Origin: Candidatus Levyibacteriota bacterium
Lineage (GTDB): Bacteria > Patescibacteriota > Microgenomatia > Levybacterales > UBA12049
DNA length: 64,000 bases
Reading direction: 5' to 3'
Assembly: GCA_027459725.1 (NCBI GenBank)
Contig: DAIDHK010000006.1
Coordinates: 1,895-65,894 of the forward strand
Within the stretch, counting starts at the first letter, position 1, and every line of letters begins with the position of its first letter. Positions 58,398 to 64,000 of the stretch are shown in pieces. The translations under genes were made by a program, and so were the position numbers. The notes under the pieces were generated by a model. It was not told the origin of the DNA. It did no database searches and saw only the letters and a program-made list of their open reading frames with translations.

Positions 58398-59200
58398 TGA
58401 GAAAAAATCTAGCGGCCCATCACGGTTCTGGGTTGAAAACCGCGCTGTTGTTTTTTGTAATAGTTTGTTTTGTTATACTGATTTCGCTTGCAGTTAGGTT
58501 TTTTGTTGCATTTAAAAATAGCAGTTTTGATGGTCAACACCAGTTTGTTTTGTTAGTGCGTTCTGACAATAATAAAGGTATGTTAGCGCTTTTTCAGCCA
58601 AATTCATCGTTTTCTGTTATGGTTGTGCCATTAAGTAATATAAATAATCAGAATATCTCAGCTGATTTACACATAGGTATTGATGGTAGCGTTAGGGGAA
58701 ATATCGATAAAATCGCTAATAAGAGTGATGTTAAATCAATTATTTTCAATTCCATATTTCATCTTCAACAACAAGGTAGTCATGTAACATGGTTAGATTT
58801 AATGCGTTTATGGTTTATTGCTAATACAACTCCTGTTGTTTTCATGCCAGTTGATAAATTGCCCCAAGATAATATTGTAGGCACTATGGGGTTACAACTT
58901 TTCATTGACAGTGGTATCCAAAAAGATAATCAAACTGTGCAAATTATTAATAGTACTCCACAACCTGGTTTGGGAACTAGAATGGCATCGGAATTAACTA
59001 ATATGGGAGCTGATGTAATCGATGTTCGCTCTTCTCCTACAGAAGTTGAGCATTCAGTCATAAATTATGATAAAATTTCTTATACAGTTACAAGATTAGA
59101 ACGTATTTTGCAAATGCCTGCTATGTTGACTAACAATCCAGGAATTGCTGATATACAGATTATTATTGGAGCAGATGATGCATATCCGAAAACCTTTTAA
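58397..59200 (+). CDS. LytR C-terminal domain membrane protein
   Basis: TM; VQIINST.QPGLGTRMA..L...G..V, DIQIIIGAD. Confidence 0.8.
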   Translation: MRKNLAAHHGSGLKTALLFFVIVCFVILISLAVRFFVAFKNSSFDGQHQFVLLVRSDNNKGMLALFQPNSSFSVMVVPLSNINNQNISADLHIGIDGSVRGNIDKIANKSDVKSIIFNSIFHLQQQGSHVTWLDLMRLWFIANTTPVVFMPVDKLPQDNIVGTMGLQLFIDSGIQKDNQTVQIINSTPQPGLGTRMASELTNMGADVIDVRSSPTEVEHSVINYDKISYTVTRLERILQMPAMLTNNPGIADIQIIIGADDAYPKTF

Positions 59201-59276
59201 AAAGGTTAGATAATTTGAAAGAAGATAGATGGTATTATTGAGAAAATAATCTTATATATGTATTAATATCATTATT

Positions 59277-59450
59277 ATGACAACTTTAGTTATTATTCTT
59301 ATAATTGCTTTGATTTCAATATTATGGGCGTATTGGTCTTTCCGGCAAAATACAAAACATGAACGATTAAATGAAGTAAAAAGAGACCTTAATAAGGGGA
59401 GAGTGGTATTCTATTCACAAAGTAGTAATAAGAAAGAGAGTATTAATTAA
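59277..59450 (+). CDS. 57-aa single-TM small protein
   Basis: MTTLVIILIIALISILWAYWSF...EVKRDLNKGRVVFY; below the ORF-track cutoff. Confidence 0.65.
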   Translation: MTTLVIILIIALISILWAYWSFRQNTKHERLNEVKRDLNKGRVVFYSQSSNKKESIN

Positions 59451-59455
59451 TTTAT

Positions 59456-60139
59456 TTAGTTTTCTTGATCCAAATGACCAGCAGGTTCATTGTCTTCATC
59501 CCTTATTGTTTTAAAAGTAAATTTAGTTTTTTCCAATGTAATAAATGATGGTTGGTTTTTAAATTTGCTCACTCTTTTAGTCTCTCGAATAAAGATAACT
59601 ACTTTATTCTCTTGACTACTTTTAATGAACGTCTCATATAAATTTCCAGCTTCGATTAATTTGATTAATCTTTTTCCCAGGTCATCAGGTAACATCCCAA
59701 TAAAATGTTTTTGTTGTGAGATAACAAATATTTTCATTCTCTTGGTCTGTAATTCAACTTTTTCTCCACTACGTAGCATGGTTAGAGTTTTTTTATCGGC
59801 TAAGTTAATTAAATCCACTACCTTTGTTCTTCCTGGCTCTTCAATGAAAAGATTAGTAAAAGATAGGGGAGCTACTGAAGTATATTGTTTACCGTCACTG
59901 CCATTTAGGCGTTTAATATTCCTGGTAGCAATCGGATTATGCTCATCAATATCTAAAACCTGTTGATATACTAACCTGGCTTTCTTAATGTTTCCTATGC
60001 TGCTCCATGCAAATGCCAAACGATTCATGGTTTCGATATCATGAGGGTTTTCTTCTAGTAGTTGTTCATTTATCTTTATAGCGCCTTCCCAATCTCCTGC
60101 CAGGGCGGTTTGAATGGCTAGTGTTTTTGATGCGGTCAT
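59456..60139 (-). CDS. Tetratricopeptide repeat protein
   Basis: AL.GDWE.AIKINE.LL..NP.D....NRLA.A TPR; FIEEPGRTK; probable start 60139. Confidence 0.85.
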   Translation of the reverse strand: MTASKTLAIQTALAGDWEGAIKINEQLLEENPHDIETMNRLAFAWSSIGNIKKARLVYQQVLDIDEHNPIATRNIKRLNGSDGKQYTSVAPLSFTNLFIEEPGRTKVVDLINLADKKTLTMLRSGEKVELQTKRMKIFVISQQKHFIGMLPDDLGKRLIKLIEAGNLYETFIKSSQENKVVIFIRETKRVSKFKNQPSFITLEKTKFTFKTIRDEDNEPAGHLDQEN

Positions 60140-60319
60140 AGAAGTTTGTATAGTTGGACTGATAGCTTCAAATTGTAGGCAATTCGGTTGCAAAAGTCAA
60201 TAGAGGAGCGGTATAATATGCAAAGTGTCAAGGCTTGGAAGCGTATTAATGGTATAAGAGGATAATGTTTGTTTATATCCCAATACATTTGATATCTATT
60301 CCTCTTTGGTATTTTTTAT

Positions 60320-61063
60320 ATGAGTGGACATTCAAAATGGAAAACAATTAAAAGACAGAAAGGTGCTAATGATGCTAAACGTGGACAAGCGTTTACGAAG
60401 TTATCGATGGCTATTACTTTAGCTGTTAAGCAGGGTGGTGGGATTGGTGATCCAAATAAGAATTTTAAACTTCGATTAGCTGTAGATGCAGCTCGTGCTG
60501 TTAACATGCCAAAAGATACCATTGAGAGAGCTATTGAACGTGCTTCAGGCAAACAGCAGGATGAAATGGAAGAAGTACATTACGAAGGTTTCGGCCCAGG
60601 TGGAGTTAGTGTAATGGTCGATGCGATTACGGACAAAAAACAACGAACTACACCGGAGATAAAAAGCTTGTTTGACAAAAATGGGGGAGTTTTAGGTAAC
60701 CCAGGTACTGTTGCTTATCAATTTCAGCAGGTAGGTCAAATTATCCTTGAAAAACCGAGCATGAGATTAGATGACATTTTCTTGTTAGCAGCTGATACGG
60801 GAGCAGAAGACGTCATACAAGATGGTGAAGATATCGTGATATATACTAAACCAGAAGATTTGTCTAAAGTAAGCGATGCATTGCAGAAAAATAATTTAAC
60901 TGTTTCTGAGAGCGCAATCATCCAAAAACCGACTATATATAAAGAATTACTAACTCAAGAAGAAGCAGATAAATTTACTAGTTTTATAGAAAAAATCGAA
61001 GATCATCAAGATGTGCAAAATGTCTTTCACAATGCAAATTTTGTTTCAGACATACCAGTTTAA
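60320..61063 (+). CDS. yebC: YebC/PmpR family protein
   Basis: MSGHSKW.TIKRQK, NMPKD.IERAI, YEGFGPGG, DVQNVFHN. Confidence 0.95.
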   Translation: MSGHSKWKTIKRQKGANDAKRGQAFTKLSMAITLAVKQGGGIGDPNKNFKLRLAVDAARAVNMPKDTIERAIERASGKQQDEMEEVHYEGFGPGGVSVMVDAITDKKQRTTPEIKSLFDKNGGVLGNPGTVAYQFQQVGQIILEKPSMRLDDIFLLAADTGAEDVIQDGEDIVIYTKPEDLSKVSDALQKNNLTVSESAIIQKPTIYKELLTQEEADKFTSFIEKIEDHQDVQNVFHNANFVSDIPV

Positions 61064-61143
61064 AAATACTAATTGCTAGTTGCAGATTTAATTATTAACC
61101 CCAAGATTCTCATTTATTATTTTTATTGATGTATAATAGTTAG

Positions 61144-62037
61144 ATGAGATTTTTTAATCCGTTTAGGTTACTTCATAGGCTAGATGCTCCAACCGAAAAC
61201 AGGGAAGAGACTAAGCCAATTGTAAAGCCAGTACATAATATTCAACATAAAGAAATGACCCAGGGTTTTTTTGACAAACGTCAAAAATTTATAATCGGTA
61301 TTATCATTTTATCTTTAATTTTTTTATCGATCCAATTTAACATTGGTCAACAAGACATTTTTATAGTTGTTGCATTAGCAATACTTACAAATGTCTTTTT
61401 ATACTGGGCAATGAGACACGATTTAAAAGATAATATGATGTATACAATTTTTATTCTACCTTTTTTTTATAGTTTGGCTTTTGGATTGTTCTATTTACTT
61501 ATTCCGACACGGATTATATTTAGATTAATTTTAACTTTTATTTATGGTCTTGGATTGTATTCTTTATTTCTCAGCCAAAATATCTTTGTAGTAGGAGCAA
61601 TTAGAACTATTCAGCTACTTACTGGTGCAAGGATCGTTTCCTTCATGATAGCTATTTTATGTTTTGTTTTTTTAGTTAACACTGTAATTTCTTTACATTT
61701 TGCTTTACCGATAATTTTAGGTTTACTATTGCTTTGTATTTATCCGTTGACATATCATTCTTTGTGGATTTATGTTTTACAAAAAGCTCCATTTAGATTA
61801 TCTTTATGGAGCGGGGGAGTTACATTGTGTTTATTGGAGATCGCTACGGTTTTATTATTCTGGCCCAGTAGTCCAACTGTATTAGCTCTATATTTAGGAA
61901 GTATATTCTATTTATTCGTTGGACTCTCGCATGTGTGGATTGAGAGAAGGCTATTTAGAAATGTAATGTGGGAATTTAGTTGGATATTGATTGTGGCTTT
62001 TTTATTTTTGTTCTTGTTTACAAGTTGGGGAAATTAA
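61144..62037 (+). CDS. Polytopic membrane protein of unknown function
   Basis: About 9 TM segments; TATAAT 6 nt before ATG. Confidence 0.8.
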   Translation: MRFFNPFRLLHRLDAPTENREETKPIVKPVHNIQHKEMTQGFFDKRQKFIIGIIILSLIFLSIQFNIGQQDIFIVVALAILTNVFLYWAMRHDLKDNMMYTIFILPFFYSLAFGLFYLLIPTRIIFRLILTFIYGLGLYSLFLSQNIFVVGAIRTIQLLTGARIVSFMIAILCFVFLVNTVISLHFALPIILGLLLLCIYPLTYHSLWIYVLQKAPFRLSLWSGGVTLCLLEIATVLLFWPSSPTVLALYLGSIFYLFVGLSHVWIERRLFRNVMWEFSWILIVAFLFLFLFTSWGN

Positions 62038-62147
62038 AAGTATCGGGTTAGAAATTGAGGCAGGGGAGCAAGAGAGTAAATAAGTCCTATAATAAATATG
62101 ATATATATTGATATAGTATGAAAATAGTTACATTAACTTTTCACGAG

Positions 62148-62156
62148 TGTGGATAA
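62148..62156 (-). promoter_or_regulatory. Consensus DnaA box TTATCCACA
   Basis: TGTGGATAA on + strand; single perfect copy in this intergenic region, function unproven. Confidence 0.35.
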
Positions 62157-62999
62157 GTAATTATAGGATTCTTACAAAAGATGTTCAGTTGTGCCTAAAA
62201 ACAGCCTAACGCACTCAGGGTAGTGCATATGTTTGTATACGGGAAATATTACTTAAGTTATCTCCTCTTGGGTAAGACTGCTAATTGAAATGAAAAAAAT
62301 ACGAAAATACTTTTCACGGCTGGGCTTATTTCGCTTTGAGTAGAACTTCTAGAGGAGGGGTCAGTTTAGGCAGCAGTTACTGCTTTAGGAGAGAATAGGA
62401 TATGTTTAACTTCAGAATTATAAATTCTATATTTATCTTCTCTTTTCAACGTATGGATCTTGTATCTCTCACGTCGCACAATAATACTTTTGCGACGCCA
62501 CTCATGGTCATACTACGAGGGGAGGGTCTACTTTTGTGTACATTTCTATGTGCTTTTCCTGATGTAAGATCTAATTGTTAGCTAAAATCATGATTAATTC
62601 TCCACAAATTTCCCTCAATATTTGTTATGTACTTTTTTCGTATGCTTTTTTAGACAGTTTTAAGAGTTTGAGTTTATATATATATCAGGGATTCATATTA
62701 GTTACAGACATTAGATATATTAAAATGTATAAGTAGTCAGCTTTTCAATAAAAACGAGTCCTAGCGCATTCTGGGGGCTTGTTTTTAAGGCCAAATTAAT
62801 ACTAACAATAGTAAGTATAAGCGGTCTAAAGATTAGTCATTATAAGCACATAGTATTAATAAAAACTTTATTGATAGATCCTGGTACATAAGTTCAGTTA
62901 TATTTTTGAAATAAAATTAAATTTACACAATATATCCAAAATTATCAGCAATGATCTATGGCATGGACTTATATTTAGTTTTTTTGAAATATATCTTGG

Positions 63000-63019
63000 C
63001 GTGAAAAGAAATTTTCACG
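63000..63019. terminator. Inverted repeat CGTGAAAA-GAAA-TTTTCACG just past the stop of the 63033-63698 gene
   Basis: Perfect 8-4-8 dyad; terminator or protein-binding site. Confidence 0.45.
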
Positions 63020-63032
63020 GAAAATTTATTAA

Positions 63033-63698
63033 TTATTTTTGTTGTGTGATTTTACCTATTTGACTACCCTTAAAAGTGATCGTCTGATTAGTGTTTGGAT
63101 TTTGTGTGATTATTTTTTTTCCATCACGGCTAATAATACTTAGATATGTCCCCTGCTCTGAAGTTTCTACAACATCAGTACAAACATAACCTTTAACCGT
63201 TTTTAACCCATGATCTAAACCGACATTAAACTCAACCCACATAGCATTACCTTGAGGATTGAATGGATCTTCTCCTGCAACTAATTTGGGATTCTGAACT
63301 TTAAATACATTAGTAGCGTTAATTTGTGTACCATCAATTGTATAAATATCGCCACGATCAATTGTATTAGGTTGATCTCCGGGAACTGGGATATTAGGAC
63401 TCAGTCTAAAGTTTGCATCTGTTGGAATGATATCAATACCCTGGTAGATAGCATTTGGAACTCTATCACCATAGTAGGATGATGCTAGTTTATATGCTCC
63501 AATACCAAGCAACCCAAGGGCTAAGCCTGTATTAATATTTTTAGAGTTTGCTGTATAAAATGTAGTAACAGTTTCTCTTAATCGTCCAGCTTGCGTAGCT
63601 AGCTTAGCCTTAATAGCATCTTTTATCTGGGAAGCTAATGGAGTTCGTACTTCTCCTGAGTAATAATAGACTCCTAATGGTTTTAAATTCTCCTTCAT
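63033..63698 (-). CDS. Hypothetical single-TM protein
   Basis: 221-aa ORF with consensus TTGACG-17-TATAAT promoter. Confidence 0.7.
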   Translation of the reverse strand: MKENLKPLGVYYYSGEVRTPLASQIKDAIKAKLATQAGRLRETVTTFYTANSKNINTGLALGLLGIGAYKLASSYYGDRVPNAIYQGIDIIPTDANFRLSPNIPVPGDQPNTIDRGDIYTIDGTQINATNVFKVQNPKLVAGEDPFNPQGNAMWVEFNVGLDHGLKTVKGYVCTDVVETSEQGTYLSIISRDGKKIITQNPNTNQTITFKGSQIGKITQQK

Positions 63699-63709
63699 AT
63701 TAATATAGG

Positions 63710-63769
63710 ATTATATATTATGGGATTCTTTTCGTCAAGTTGACCTTGTGCAGTTTAATTGTTTAATAT
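63710..63769. promoter_or_regulatory. Back-to-back divergent sigma70 promoters
   Basis: Minus strand TTGACG(63738-33)-17-TATAAT(63715-10); plus strand TTGACC(63740-45)-18-TAATAT(63764-69). Confidence 0.65.
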
Positions 63770-63779
63770 ATAAAGTTAT

Positions 63780-64000
63780 ATGCAAGATAAAACACTGCCG
63801 GAATTAGTCGATGATTATTTAGAATACTTAAAAGTCGAAAAAAACGCTTCCCCGCTTACTATTCGTGATTATATGCATTATTTGAAAACCTTTTCAGATT
63901 GGTTTTCCTCTACCCTATCTCACAAAAAAATAGGCGACCTGGATCTGTTTATTATCAGACGATATCGTGTTTTTTTGAGCTCAAAAGTGGATGAAAATGG
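63780..64000 (+). CDS. XerC/XerD-type tyrosine recombinase, N-terminal part (runs off right edge)
   Basis: MQDKTLPELVDDYLEYLKVEKNASPLTIRDYMHYLKTF...IRRYRVFL matches the integrase N-terminal SAM-like domain. Confidence 0.85.
   Translation, partial: MQDKTLPELVDDYLEYLKVEKNASPLTIRDYMHYLKTFSDWFSSTLSHKKIGDLDLFIIRRYRVFLSSKVDEN

Noticed and set aside
1-60921. Many 60-115 aa ORFs overlapping confident genes (for example 678-962, 8003-8463, 29860-30159, 54943-55281, 59625-59966)
   Set aside because: Shadow ORFs of well-supported genes, with no motifs or initiation signals
62041-62400. RNase P RNA, tmRNA or integron attC (GGGCTTA, GCCTAAC)
   Set aside because: No GAGGAAAGTCC/P4 pairing, no tRNA-like ends, no properly spaced GTTRRRY partner or cassette array
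1-64000. CRISPR array, cas genes, rRNA, intact transposase or prophage
   Set aside because: No regularly spaced repeats or recognisable motifs seen by eye

Overview
AT-rich bacterial chromosomal segment read in the standard genetic code. Gene content and architecture (split transketolase, short RF1, degenerate Lgt, many leaderless genes, many orphans) point to Patescibacteria/CPR, probably Microgenomates; this is inference. Housekeeping genes: ychF, rpsF-ssb-rpsR, ctpA/htrA proteases, prfA, rpmE, hisS, dnaB, tRNA-Leu(CAA), pepA, efp, rluA-family, yebC, and the start of a Xer-type recombinase. Accessory content: a complete cytochrome bo3 oxidase operon (cyoABCDE); a four-gene PilZ-less cellulose-synthase-like operon (Pro/Thr-rich membrane protein, GH8, BcsA-like GT2, GT-C transferase); an APH-like kinase followed by two HAD hydrolases; an inactive STAND-NTPase/OmpR-wHTH fusion behind Pho-box-like 11-bp repeats; a MerR/TipA gene with its 19-bp-spacer promoter and an internal start; a possible PD-(D/E)XK orphan; at least six pseudogenes between 3 and 23 kb; a ~290-bp element bounded by inverted repeats; unannotated small ORFs; and a ~1-kb hairpin-dense non-coding region near the right end. 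No CRISPR array, rRNA or intact transposase was seen. All calls come from motif recognition by eye, not database searches.
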